From NCBI GenBank assembly GCA_963665815.1, contig OY762463.1, forward strand, positions 160,001 to 224,000: a stretch of DNA of 64,000 nucleotides, in the 5' to 3' direction. Under the pieces are notes generated by a model. The model worked only from the letters and a program-made list of their open reading frames with translations. It was not told the DNA's origin and made no database searches. This document shows positions 1-10,188 of this stretch, one piece after another. A program made the translations under genes and the position numbers. Source of the DNA: Candidatus Cloacimonadales bacterium (GTDB taxonomy: Bacteria > Cloacimonadota > Cloacimonadia > Cloacimonadales > JAIOQZ01). The stretch's first letter is position 1; every line of letters begins with the position of its first letter.

Positions 1-199
1 GGAAAGTTGATAACCGCAAGAAATTATGGGCTTTCTATGTGTTTGCTAAGGTTATGGGGGGAAGATTGTAATGAGTCGATTTCTGGTTAAAGATAGATGA
101 TTTATCGTCAGTCTTGAAAGTTCAAATAAACAAAGAAATACAATGATATCCTCAAAAGCTATGAACTAAGTGCCGTAGAGATGAAATGACTATTACAAA

Positions 200-1147
200 C
201 TAATAAACTCTTTTAACGATTTCTTCCACATCTTTTGCATTACCGAATACAAAGAAATGAAGTCCGGGCATACCATAATCAAGCAGTTTTCTGCATAAAT
301 CAGACATAAAGTCTACACCGCATTCGAAAGCTTTCTGTTTATCATGTATCGAGAGCATCCTTTTTTTGAAATCTTCCGGGATAGATACATTAAATGTTTC
401 TTCGTAGCGTCTGACCTGCTTGGATTTAGTGATGGGACGTAGTCCGGGAAAAATAGGTACCGTGATCCCAGCCTGTCTGCATTTTTGCTCCCATTCAACG
501 AATTTATCAAAATCGTAGAACATCTGGGTTACAATATATGAAGCTCCGGCATCGACCTTCTTTTTTAGCCAGTTTATGTCTGTTTCCAGAGATGCAGCTT
601 CTTTATGCTTTTCCGGATATCCGGCAACACCTATACAGAATGCAGGGGATACTTTGGGTGATAGCTGATGGATATAGTGATGATCGTTCATTTCTGTAAT
701 GTGTTCCACAAGTCCAATCGCATGTGGGAACGCAGACTTTTCATTGATGAATTTTTTATCACCTTTGGGTTTGTCACCTCTCAGAGCCAGAACGTTATCA
801 ATTCCCAGAAAGCACAGATCAAACAGCGCATCTTCCGTTTCAAACTTATCGAACCCACCGCAGAGGATATGAGGAACAACCTCAATGTTATATTTATATC
901 TGATAGCTCCGCAGACACCAACTATACTCGCGTGTTTCTGATATGTGATTGTCTTGAGTTTATTGTCAATCATCTGTTCGGAGATAGTTTCTCTATGGTA
1001 AGTAACATTTACAAATGCTGGATTATATGGCACGAGTCTATCAATTACCTTGAATATTTGACTAATAGATTTTGTTTTCAAAGGAGGTGTTACTTCTATG
1101 GAGAAAAGAGGTTCGGATGAACTTTTCAGATACTCTGTAACTTGCAT
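200..1147 (-). CDS. metF: 5,10-methylenetetrahydrofolate reductase
   Basis: 315 aa; SIEVTPP, NVLALRGD, IGVAGYPEKH, KKKVDAGASYIVTQMFYD motifs; divergent from metH. Confidence 0.93.
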   Translation of the reverse strand: MQVTEYLKSSSEPLFSIEVTPPLKTKSISQIFKVIDRLVPYNPAFVNVTYHRETISEQMIDNKLKTITYQKHASIVGVCGAIRYKYNIEVVPHILCGGFDKFETEDALFDLCFLGIDNVLALRGDKPKGDKKFINEKSAFPHAIGLVEHITEMNDHHYIHQLSPKVSPAFCIGVAGYPEKHKEAASLETDINWLKKKVDAGASYIVTQMFYDFDKFVEWEQKCRQAGITVPIFPGLRPITKSKQVRRYEETFNVSIPEDFKKRMLSIHDKQKAFECGVDFMSDLCRKLLDYGMPGLHFFVFGNAKDVEEIVKRVY

Positions 1148-1378
1148 AACATACTCCTGGAATACTTTAGTCTATTATCGTCAGAATTCAATGATATATA
1201 AATAATAATCTTATTGATTCCGGAGCAAAGAATTTTAGTTGTAATATTGATCCGAATACATGGTTTTCAGAAAAGAGTGGATACCAAACTATTAAAAAAG
1301 AAATATTGACCTCATTTGTGTAAAATAGTTATCATTTTAATGATATGCACGATAATTACAGAGATTGAGGAAAAGTAT

Positions 1379-4300
1379 ATGGATTTCAGAGAATTTATCA
1401 GTAATAATATCTGTTTGTTTGATGGTGCTATGGGAACATCAATACAAGGTCTGGGGCTTGATGATAGTGATTTTGGAGATTTTTCGGGTTGCAACGAATG
1501 GCTTGTAATGTCAATACCCGGGAAAATCATTGAAATACATGAATCCTATCTGAAGGCAGGTGCAAATGTTGTTGAAACCAATACTTTTGGGGCTAATGAG
1601 ATAACTCTATCAGAGTTTGGACTTGCAGATCTGACATACGAGATTAATAAACGTGCCGCTGAAATTGCTGTTCATGCTGTTGACAAATATAGGATGAAAA
1701 GACCGGTTTTCGTTTCAGGATCAATCGGACCGGGCAGTAAGCTTCCATCGCTTCTACAAGTAGATTTTACGACATTGAAAAATGCATATATTCCTCAGAT
1801 TCGTGGTTTAATCGACGGTGGTGTGGACATACTCCAAATTGAAACATGTCAGGATTTACTTCAGATTAAAGCCGCATACAACGCTGCACAGATTATCTTC
1901 GAAGAAACAGGAACAAAAATTCCAATCTTTGTACAGGTGACTATGCAGGAGAACGGCAGAATGTTACTTGGTTCAGATTTATCTGCAGTTGTCAGAACTC
2001 TAAGTAATCTCGATATCGATGTGATAGGGCTTAACTGTGGAACCGGACCGGTGCAGATGAGAGATTATGTGAGGATTTTATCTGATATAAGTGATAAGCC
2101 AGTATCAGTATTGCCCAATGCCGGATTACCTGTTCTACGTAATGACAGACTGGAATATGATATTACTCCTGAACTTTTTGCAGAATATGTTTCAGGATAT
2201 GTCAGAGATTTCGGCATAAATATTGTAGGTGGGTGTTGTGGAACTACTCAGGAGCATATTAGTCTTTTGCATAATAAGTTAAAAGGCTTGAAACATTACG
2301 TGAGACTTGTAAAAAAAAGCGGATATGTTTCATCAATGTTCTCAGGACAGGAAACGAAAGTTGAACCTGCTCCTTTCATAATAGGGGAGAAGTGCAATAC
2401 AAACGGATCAAAACGATTCAGAAGACTGCTCAAAGAAGAAAAATGGGATGAGATTGTCAGTATGGCACTTGAGCAGCAGAATGAGGGTGCTCATGCTATA
2501 GATTTGTGTACTGCTCTGACAGATAGAAACGAGAAAGACGATATGGTGCAAATTGTCAAAATGCTGAACACGGATATACAGCTTCCATTAATGATAGATT
2601 CAACAAGCTATGAAGTTATTGAAAATGCTCTTCAATGTTATGGGGGAAAACCGATTATAAACTCTGCGACATTTGAAAATGGAGACAAGCCTGTTAAGGA
2701 ATATATCAGGTTATGCCGATTGTACAGTGCTTCTTTGATATGCCTGGCAATTGATGAAAAAGGGATGGCTGATAATGCTCAAGATAAAATAAAAATCTTC
2801 GAACGATTCCATAGATTAACTCAGATAGAGGGTTTAATGGAAAGTGATATGTTCTTTGACTGTCTTACATTCACCCTCGGAACAGGAGATAAGTCTTACA
2901 GTAATTCAGCAAATGAGTCTTTGAAGGCAATTAAACACATTCATGATAACTATCCTGAAGTTAATCTCATAATGGGTATCAGTAATGTTTCTTATGGACT
3001 GAAGAAGAACTCCAGAAAGGTTCTCAATTCGGTGTTCCTGCATGAGTGCATTGCCCATGGTCTGAATGCTGCAATTGTTGACGCCGGTAAGATAATACCG
3101 GTCTATGAGCTGGATAAGACTGATCTTGATGTATGCCGAGATTTGATCTACAATAGAAAAGCTGATGCATTGGAGCAGTTTATATCCAGGTTCTCTGATT
3201 TCTCTTTCAGGAGTGAAATAGTTAGTGAGAAATTATCGGTATCTGACAAAGTAAAAGATTGTATAATAAAAGGAAAGACGTCAGAAATTAAAGTATTTCT
3301 TAATGAATTATTGAATGATATGAAACCTGCTGTAATCGTGAATGAAGTACTATTAAGTAGCATGTCTGAGGTTGGTGAGTTATTTGGAAGAGGGGAGCTG
3401 CAATTGCCATTCGTACTTAAATCAGCTGAAGTTATGAAAAAAGCTGTCAGCTATCTTGAGAACTTTTTTGAGTCCGATGCCGTGAAAAAGAAATCTACAA
3501 TACTGCTTGCAACTGTACAGGGAGATGTTCACGATATTGGGAAAAATTTGGTGGAGATCATTCTCTCCAACAACGGTTATAATGTGATTGATCTGGGTGT
3601 AAAGCAGACATCTCAGCAGATTGCTGATGCAGTAAGGAACTATAGCCCTGATTTTATCGGATTGAGTGCATTGCTGATTAAATCTACGTATGAGATAAAA
3701 AACGCTCTTATTTATCTAAGGGACAATGGAATATCTGTGCCTGTGCTGTGTGGCGGTGCAGCCCTTAATGACAGTTTCGTGAGAAAGGAGTTACAGCTTG
3801 TTTATAAAGGTACAGTAGTATATTGCAAAGATGCTCTGGCAGGTTTAAACTATCTTGATAACTATAAGCAGGAAGACAAGATTAAATCGGAAACTGTTAA
3901 GTCTGATAAGGTGATAGAGTCTGCAAAATGTAATTGCCCAGCAACAAGAAAGTGGAATGACAATATCATACCTGATCCGCCTTATTTAGGGTGTTCCATG
4001 CCGGAGGTTGTCAATCTGGATGATCTGAAAATCTGGCTGAACAAAAGATTCCTATATTACACACAATGGGGTCTGAAGGCTTCAGCTTTGGCAGTAGATG
4101 CTGAAATGAGACATTTTGCGGAAAGTAAAATCGAAGAGCTGTTCCGGATAGGCAAAGAGATTGTAAAACCTGCTTATATAAAGGCTTATTTTGAATGTGC
4201 TGCTGAGGGTGAACAACTTTTGATTTATACAAAAGATCCAGGACTTAGCTCTGATGTTGCTATTGATACGCCTTTTAGTGGGGGAAAGAGCTGTCGAAGT

Positions 4301-4741
4301 GTTGGTAGCTATTTCAGGAAAACAACGGACCGGAGACGTGATTTGTGCGCTTTTCAGGTTGTGACTCTCGGAAAGAAAGCTGTTGAGTATGCTGCAGAGC
4401 TTAAAATGCAGGATAAATATCAGGACTACCTGCTCTGGCATGGGTTCTGTGCAGCCCTGACAGAAGCTCTGGCAGCAGCTTGTCATTATGAGATTAGAAA
4501 AGAGCTGAAGATTGAGAAAGGTTTTACTCCTGATCCTGACAGGGATTTTAAGAACAGGTATCAGGGAGCAAGATACAGCTTTGGTTATAATTGCTGTCCG
4601 GATATGAATAATCAGAGAGATGTATTAAAGTTATTAAAAGCCGAGAGAATAGGATTGAGTATGAATAAGGCGGATCAGATAATACCGGAATACTCCACCT
4701 GTGCGTTAATCAGCCATAATCCACAGTCGATGTATTGGTAG
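1379..4741 (+). CDS. metH: Cobalamin-dependent methionine synthase
   Basis: FDGAMGT, GLNC and GGCCGT (Hcy/Zn domain), IIGEKCNTNGSK (pterin domain), GDVHDIGKN (B12 motif), RYSFGY (reactivation domain). Start moved from 1316 to ATG 1379 after a GAGG RBS. Confidence 0.95.
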   Translation: MDFREFISNNICLFDGAMGTSIQGLGLDDSDFGDFSGCNEWLVMSIPGKIIEIHESYLKAGANVVETNTFGANEITLSEFGLADLTYEINKRAAEIAVHAVDKYRMKRPVFVSGSIGPGSKLPSLLQVDFTTLKNAYIPQIRGLIDGGVDILQIETCQDLLQIKAAYNAAQIIFEETGTKIPIFVQVTMQENGRMLLGSDLSAVVRTLSNLDIDVIGLNCGTGPVQMRDYVRILSDISDKPVSVLPNAGLPVLRNDRLEYDITPELFAEYVSGYVRDFGINIVGGCCGTTQEHISLLHNKLKGLKHYVRLVKKSGYVSSMFSGQETKVEPAPFIIGEKCNTNGSKRFRRLLKEEKWDEIVSMALEQQNEGAHAIDLCTALTDRNEKDDMVQIVKMLNTDIQLPLMIDSTSYEVIENALQCYGGKPIINSATFENGDKPVKEYIRLCRLYSASLICLAIDEKGMADNAQDKIKIFERFHRLTQIEGLMESDMFFDCLTFTLGTGDKSYSNSANESLKAIKHIHDNYPEVNLIMGISNVSYGLKKNSRKVLNSVFLHECIAHGLNAAIVDAGKIIPVYELDKTDLDVCRDLIYNRKADALEQFISRFSDFSFRSEIVSEKLSVSDKVKDCIIKGKTSEIKVFLNELLNDMKPAVIVNEVLLSSMSEVGELFGRGELQLPFVLKSAEVMKKAVSYLENFFESDAVKKKSTILLATVQGDVHDIGKNLVEIILSNNGYNVIDLGVKQTSQQIADAVRNYSPDFIGLSALLIKSTYEIKNALIYLRDNGISVPVLCGGAALNDSFVRKELQLVYKGTVVYCKDALAGLNYLDNYKQEDKIKSETVKSDKVIESAKCNCPATRKWNDNIIPDPPYLGCSMPEVVNLDDLKIWLNKRFLYYTQWGLKASALAVDAEMRHFAESKIEELFRIGKEIVKPAYIKAYFECAAEGEQLLIYTKDPGLSSDVAIDTPFSGGKSCRSVGSYFRKTTDRRRDLCAFQVVTLGKKAVEYAAELKMQDKYQDYLLWHGFCAALTEALAAACHYEIRKELKIEKGFTPDPDRDFKNRYQGARYSFGYNCCPDMNNQRDVLKLLKAERIGLSMNKADQIIPEYSTCALISHNPQSMYW

Positions 4742-4813
4742 AAATGAAAACAGTTGAATAAAAGGCTATTCTAAGGTCGGTAAGAATTCCACAGTCAATG
4801 TATTGGTAGAAAT
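4720..4813 (+). repeat. 26-bp direct repeat duplicating the metH 3' end (att-like scar)
   Basis: tccacagtcGatgtattggtagaaat (4720-4745) and tccacagtcAatgtattggtagaaat (4788-4813); one mismatch; 42-bp gap. Confidence 0.85.
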
Positions 4814-4847
4814 AATCATCTAACTCGTGAAAGCTTGTACAGCTCAA

Positions 4848-4928
4848 CCAACCGCGTAGAGACAACCGGATGGTTGGCTCATGAATGTCTGAACTTTGAT
4901 TTGTGTGATATTACTGATTTGATGGATT
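4848..4928 (+). repeat. REP-like mosaic element, copy A
   Basis: ccaaccgcgtagagacaaccggatggttggctcat (4848-4882) recurs at 47835, 50136 and 51541; module gaactttgatttgtgtgatattactgatttgatggatt (4891-4928) recurs at 51059-51095. Confidence 0.75.
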
Positions 4929-4981
4929 GCAACATCAAAGAGATGTTGAAAAGTAACGCATTGACAGGAGCCCAAAAAAAA

Positions 4982-7900
4982 TTATCCAATATTAGAGAGT
5001 CTGATGAAAGTATTATACGATTTCCAATACGTTTCGACATCAATATCTAGCTCATTATCATACATTAGTTTTAGCATATTACCTAAGAAAAAATCAGTTC
5101 TATGAAAATAATTGCTATTTAGACTCTTGCTTGATATTGCATTATATATAATTGTTTTGATTTTTCTTCTGATCAATTCTTTTGGAAAAACTGAATACAA
5201 ATCTATATATGCAAGTGTGAAACCATGTCCATCATGATAGCATGCAACTTCTTCAGGGAGTAAATGATTTCTTTCTATGTATTCAGTATCATCATCATGT
5301 AATATCTTTATTTTTTGATGTTCATTTTGTAACTGGATTTCTTCTTTGGCGTCTTTGATCTTGAAAAGGTCTTTGTACTCTAATGGAATTTCCAATTTTC
5401 CAAAGTCATTACTATTTATATTTATTCTGAATTTCCATTCTTTTAAAATTCCCAGAAAGTAAGTTTTTTTTTCTGATTTAAGTACGTTTACAATATTCTT
5501 ATAATCAAATTTATGAGAATATATTCTGTGTTCCAACTCTTCAAAAATAATGCGGTCAAACAAGTCGTTGGAGATACAGTTTATAAGCTTGATAGGTAGA
5601 TTAAACCAAAGAACAATTCCCTCATCATTTGTGTAATTTTCCTGAATTATTTCTACTATTTTGCTTGAATGGTTTTCCATATACTCATTTAAAAGGTGCT
5701 TGTAGTCCTTTTCTGAAACATCTTGCACTTTCTTAATAAAGCGTATTGAGTCTTCTTCCTTAATAAGTGATTTCAACTCGAATACTGTTAATGCATTAGG
5801 TATACTCTGAAGAGAATAATCTCTTCTGTTATGATATTTTAACCAAATTGGATAAATAGCTTCAATATCAAAGATTCGTTTCTCGTTATTAGCCATTCTA
5901 AGGAAATTCTTCACTTCATTAATAAGTTCGAAATTGTTCATTTCTATTCTATTTTTAAGGAACTCATCCATACTGTTACTGCTATATATGTTGTCAGATT
6001 TAATTATATTACGAACCTGAAGCTCTTTGATGGCAAGATTAAGATATCTATGTAACAGATAACGAGATCTTTGCCAAGAAGGGCAATTTCTTAGAAGTAA
6101 TTCTAATGCATTTTGCTTCTTGTTTTTTCGAAATAGCTCTATGCTCTTAAATAAGAAAGAGTAATCACGATGATTATCCTTATAGATGTAAGAATTGACT
6201 AATATATATACAATTTCATTTTCATCAGAAATTCTATTTGTATCATGAAGGTTTCTTCGAAGTGCATCTTCAGGAATTTTTATCTCATGCCATTTGAAAA
6301 AAGAATCTTCTTTGATCTTCATTGCCTGAATTTCCTTAGGAAAATCAGAAGAATCGAACGGATTATCAGAATATTGCCTTGATAACAACGAGATATCATG
6401 TTCTTCGATATAAAATAACATTGCGAATAAACAGCCATTGCTTACAATGTCATCATAACTATAGTTATTGCATAATAGATTTTTTGTGAGGAGGTACATG
6501 AAATCATGGTGGTCATAAATATGACTTCTTCCTATAATAGAACAAATTATGGCAAGATTGTAATATTCAATTAACTCGAATTCTTCTGGATGAAAATCAC
6601 TTAAACTAAGACGCAAATTGAAATAAAAGTCTGAGATGTTTTCAAAGTCAATTGTATTTACAGTCAGCTTTTCGAATTCTCCAATATTTGAATATTTCTT
6701 TATGATTTCATAATTTTGTTCTTTTGTTAAGTTTAGCAATATGTATCTTGATAAGAAACGCCTTTCACGATTCATAATAGAACTATATACATGTGACCGG
6801 ATCTGATTTTGAAGCTCAATATCTACTCCAAATTTAATCCTAAGGAAAGTAGTAAAACTATCATGTAGTAATGATACTCTATTAAGTTGTTTTTCAAACA
6901 AGTATGGATGTTCTCTTATAAATTCAAAGATAATTACCGAGGTCATTCGACCAAGAAAAACTTCTATTTCAGATTCCATAAAAAAAGTATGTGCACATAA
7001 GAATAGAGAAAGTGCTTTCATTCCCTTTTCTTTGGTGATTAACTTGTCGTAATAACTATTTACATCTGAAAGTTGATCTAGTTCAGGTAGTTTTTTATGC
7101 AACTTGAAATGCTCAGATATGAACTTTACAAGTATCGCATAACCCTTAGTGATTCTGTAAACTTCATTACAGATATTAATGTCCTTTATTCCATATAATT
7201 CATCTAATACTTGCCTTGTCTGATCAAAGTTCCAGTTTGGTAGAATCACTTTCTTGCATTCAAATGATCTTATGATTGGTCTGGAAAGTACGATTGTCCT
7301 ACAGTATTTAGCAGCCTTAAGAATAAAATTATAATATAAATCAAAATCCTTGTGATTGTAATTTTCTATATGATCTAGCCCATCTAATATTAATGTGTAT
7401 TTTCTTTTATTAAGTTCTTCCAAAATCTCATTCTCACTTCTGAGTATGTAATTGTGAAACACTTTTTTGGATAAATCAGAAATGAAGTTTCTGTACTTCA
7501 ATCTGTTTTCATAATCATTATCTTGATTCGATATCCAAAAGCGATATAATATGGTATCTGATCCATCTTTTGTTAATATACTCACATAATGGCTTTTACC
7601 TATTCCCGGTTTTCCTTCAACATGTAAAAGGTTTTCAAATTCCATTTTCTCATAAATTACGTTAACAGTCTTATCAGTTAATTCAGTCATGTAAGTTTTT
7701 ACTGTTGGGAGATCACTTAAATTAATATTTAATTTACGAGTGTTTAGACATTTTTGAAAAAAAGATTGAAGCTGATACATTCTTTCAAAATCATTATTAT
7801 ATAGCGTTGCTATTTCTTCTATTAATGTATTTTCTGAATGGGAAATTACAAAATAATCATCAATTTTACGAGTTGGAATGCCTAATATATAGTATGTAGA

Positions 7901-8197
7901 CTCAAAATCAATTTCATTCACAAAAACTACATTATTTTTATTTGAAAGTTTATGTTTTTTTTTACAAATGAAAAGGTTATCGTCCTTTTGCTGAAGATCA
8001 TCAAGTGTAATATTCTGAATCTTTTTTATTTGAAAATTGAACTCATCATCTTTCGTGTTCAAAACAATATCATCAAAATTGTGTTTTTCATCAGCTTCAA
8101 TCCTGATACTTTCTATATCTCTTTCTACATCCATTTTTACTAATAAATAGAATGTTACTAACTGTTGATACGTGTACCCAATAAATGCATTTCTCAT
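4982..8197 (-). CDS. PD-(D/E)xK-type nuclease fused to STAND/NACHT-like P-loop NTPase (putative Avs-like defence protein)
   Basis: 1071 aa; N-terminal AFIGYTYQ...FDDIV...FQIK; Walker A GKPGIGKS; Walker B LILDGLD; long C-terminal region; visibly AT-richer than neighbours. Confidence 0.7.
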   Translation of the reverse strand: MRNAFIGYTYQQLVTFYLLVKMDVERDIESIRIEADEKHNFDDIVLNTKDDEFNFQIKKIQNITLDDLQQKDDNLFICKKKHKLSNKNNVVFVNEIDFESTYYILGIPTRKIDDYFVISHSENTLIEEIATLYNNDFERMYQLQSFFQKCLNTRKLNINLSDLPTVKTYMTELTDKTVNVIYEKMEFENLLHVEGKPGIGKSHYVSILTKDGSDTILYRFWISNQDNDYENRLKYRNFISDLSKKVFHNYILRSENEILEELNKRKYTLILDGLDHIENYNHKDFDLYYNFILKAAKYCRTIVLSRPIIRSFECKKVILPNWNFDQTRQVLDELYGIKDINICNEVYRITKGYAILVKFISEHFKLHKKLPELDQLSDVNSYYDKLITKEKGMKALSLFLCAHTFFMESEIEVFLGRMTSVIIFEFIREHPYLFEKQLNRVSLLHDSFTTFLRIKFGVDIELQNQIRSHVYSSIMNRERRFLSRYILLNLTKEQNYEIIKKYSNIGEFEKLTVNTIDFENISDFYFNLRLSLSDFHPEEFELIEYYNLAIICSIIGRSHIYDHHDFMYLLTKNLLCNNYSYDDIVSNGCLFAMLFYIEEHDISLLSRQYSDNPFDSSDFPKEIQAMKIKEDSFFKWHEIKIPEDALRRNLHDTNRISDENEIVYILVNSYIYKDNHRDYSFLFKSIELFRKNKKQNALELLLRNCPSWQRSRYLLHRYLNLAIKELQVRNIIKSDNIYSSNSMDEFLKNRIEMNNFELINEVKNFLRMANNEKRIFDIEAIYPIWLKYHNRRDYSLQSIPNALTVFELKSLIKEEDSIRFIKKVQDVSEKDYKHLLNEYMENHSSKIVEIIQENYTNDEGIVLWFNLPIKLINCISNDLFDRIIFEELEHRIYSHKFDYKNIVNVLKSEKKTYFLGILKEWKFRININSNDFGKLEIPLEYKDLFKIKDAKEEIQLQNEHQKIKILHDDDTEYIERNHLLPEEVACYHDGHGFTLAYIDLYSVFPKELIRRKIKTIIYNAISSKSLNSNYFHRTDFFLGNMLKLMYDNELDIDVETYWKSYNTFIRLSNIG

Positions 8198-8277
8198 AAA
8201 ATTAACTCATTGTTTTTTACTGCAATATGAATCTGAGCCCAATTTCTGTCAAGTCATAAACTTTCAATCGAATACAT

Positions 8278-8303
8278 AAAAAAACTGCCGCGTTAACGGC
8301 AGT
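8278..8303 (-). terminator. Intrinsic terminator of the APH-RIO kinase gene
   Basis: actgccg-N6-cggcagt stem with an A-run on + (U-tail on -). Confidence 0.75.
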
Positions 8304-8341
8304 CTCTAATAGAAATAAGCTCAAAAAACACTCTGTACATT

Positions 8342-10027
8342 CTACTCCATAACAGGACCGAAATACATTTCCCAGGTCTCTTTTGAGAGCTGTTCATGGT
8401 CTATCTCAAGCCCTGAGCGTGCGAAGTAGTCCGAGATGTTCTTCATGTCCCGTTTATGCATCATCCAGGCATGCGGATTTACATCCGGATCAACACACTG
8501 AGGGAAGTCAATTATATACGGTTCTCCGTCTTTATACATAATGTTGAAGGGGGAGAGGTCGGCATGTACTATATTGTTGTTCAACATGATATGAATGTTG
8601 TCCATCAGCTTTTTAAAGCACAGTTCAGCTTCTTCGTAATCGAGATGAACATCTTTAAGCAGGGGGGCAGCCTTGGATCCGTAACCTATAAAACCCATAA
8701 TAACTGCGTCATGTGTGCAGGCAATAGGTTCCGGGACGTTTGCCCCTATATCATACAGCTTGGATAACGTGTCAAACTCATTGCTCACCCAGGTAGTTCT
8801 GGTTGAGATTTTACCAAAGCCGGATTTCTTTTCTTCTGCTCTTAACAGTCTTGTGTCCCAAACACGACCAATGTGATATATCTTTTCCTTCTTGAAGCTC
8901 CGAAATTCCCTCTGAAAGTAAATTTTTGCTGCCAGATATTTGTGATTCATGCTCGAATGAGCATCACAGCAGAGAACAACCGCTTCTTTACCGCGTTTCA
9001 CAACTCTGGTGACATCTGTAATCAGCTTCTCGTTCACAAAAATCTCGCAGGACTCTCCATATCGGCTCAAGTCAGTTTTCATCTTATTTTCGTTATGGAT
9101 AAGAGACTCAAATATGTTTTCCAGATGCTTATTATAGCGTTTGTCAATCCTTGCATTAAGACCGTTGTATACCTGCCCGACTTCTCCCATAAAGCTGAGA
9201 CAGTGGCATGCAGTGTAGAAGTCCAGCACAAGTTTTTCTTCTTCGTCGAGTCCGTACAGATCAGCAATCAGATCTGTGTATTCCGTGTCCTGATGGTCTG
9301 CCAATAACGCCATGCGTGTCAGTGCCAGATTGAAGAGCTTATCTCCAAAGCAGATGTTGTCTACGTCTACAATACCGGCAAGCTTACCGTCTTTGATGAG
9401 GACGTTCTTTGTTGTAAGATCATCCAGAAACGGTATAGGTCTAATCCTCGAGAAATATGTGTCAAACTTGCCCAGTTGAGAGAGCAGTATGTCAGCATGT
9501 TTACTGTCGAACATACGGTTTCTGTTAATGTTTTTTCTGGCAGAGGATATTGACTTGAGTATCACCATTTTCCAGTCTGAGAGCTCCTGTATATCAGGAT
9601 CTTCATAACAGCAGGCAAAACCAAAACCATCGGCTGGTCGCAGGTAACTGACAGTATCCTGCATATCTTGTACAGACTTTGCAATATCCGATTTCCGGTC
9701 ATGGGTGAGATCTGTATATACCTTTCCAAGGTCAACCCCGTCAATGTACTCAATAATCATATAAGGTGTTTCATGCCCTGTGTCCTTGTGGAATAGCTCC
9801 GGCAAAGGTAGCCCCAGAGGTTTAAGCTGTTCATACCAGTAGCATCCACCTTGTATAAAGTTACGTTTTTCAGGTGTAGTTATACGTAGTACAACGGATT
9901 TATCTTTCATGGTAACTTTGTACACATAATTACAAAGTCCTGTTTCAAAACGTTTTATAGATTTTATATCATTATCATAATGTTTACCGATGATTTTTTC
10001 TATGTAAGTATCATCAAATCTTACCAT
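8342..10027 (-). CDS. APH/choline-kinase-like phosphotransferase fused to a RIO1-family kinase
   Basis: N-half: TGLCNYVY, VVLRI, DDLTTKN, GIVDVD. C-half: KRGKEAVV, AAKIY, VHADLSPFNI, IIDFPQ. One open frame of 561 aa; GGAG RBS. Confidence 0.85.
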   Translation of the reverse strand: MVRFDDTYIEKIIGKHYDNDIKSIKRFETGLCNYVYKVTMKDKSVVLRITTPEKRNFIQGGCYWYEQLKPLGLPLPELFHKDTGHETPYMIIEYIDGVDLGKVYTDLTHDRKSDIAKSVQDMQDTVSYLRPADGFGFACCYEDPDIQELSDWKMVILKSISSARKNINRNRMFDSKHADILLSQLGKFDTYFSRIRPIPFLDDLTTKNVLIKDGKLAGIVDVDNICFGDKLFNLALTRMALLADHQDTEYTDLIADLYGLDEEEKLVLDFYTACHCLSFMGEVGQVYNGLNARIDKRYNKHLENIFESLIHNENKMKTDLSRYGESCEIFVNEKLITDVTRVVKRGKEAVVLCCDAHSSMNHKYLAAKIYFQREFRSFKKEKIYHIGRVWDTRLLRAEEKKSGFGKISTRTTWVSNEFDTLSKLYDIGANVPEPIACTHDAVIMGFIGYGSKAAPLLKDVHLDYEEAELCFKKLMDNIHIMLNNNIVHADLSPFNIMYKDGEPYIIDFPQCVDPDVNPHAWMMHKRDMKNISDYFARSGLEIDHEQLSKETWEMYFGPVME

Positions 10028-10071
10028 AGTATTCTCCTGTTTTATAAACGGGAGATATACTCAGATTTTTT

Positions 10072-10188
10072 TTAGCTTCTGAGCTCCCGTCTACTATGTA
10101 GTTCACAATTCCATAAATTATTATTCATATATATTAGTGTGTGACAATCCTTCATTCCTTCTGTGTTATTTACTGATACACGGACCAT
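10072..10188 (-). CDS. Small leader ORF, 38 aa (MVRVSVNNTEGMKDCHTLIYMNNNLWNCELHSRRELRS)
   Basis: Absent from the ORF track; AAGGAG RBS 7 nt upstream; stop lies inside the hairpin ACGGGAG..CTCAGA/TCTGAG..CTCCCGT just before the kinase RBS. Confidence 0.5.
   Translation of the reverse strand: MVRVSVNNTEGMKDCHTLIYMNNNLWNCELHSRRELRS

Noticed and set aside
1-90. Possible 3' end of an upstream gene
   Set aside because: Two short open frames on + at the window edge; I cannot tell which, if either, is real.
1148-1378. SAM or cobalamin riboswitch between metF and metH
   Set aside because: No recognisable S-box or B12-box core on either strand; an Rfam search would be decisive.
4720-4813. Mini-CRISPR (26-bp repeat, 42-bp spacer)
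   Set aside because: Only two copies, the repeat is metH coding sequence, and it is not palindromic.
4848-4882. Integron attC sites for the recurring hairpin motif
   Set aside because: About 35 bp is too short, there are no properly paired RYYYAAC/GTTRRRY boxes, and no integron integrase is present.
4835-5050. 71-aa ORF, and the 82-aa ORF at 49967-50215 sharing R.ETTGWL
   Set aside because: The shared peptide is simply the translated REP-like hairpin; no RBS and non-ATG starts.
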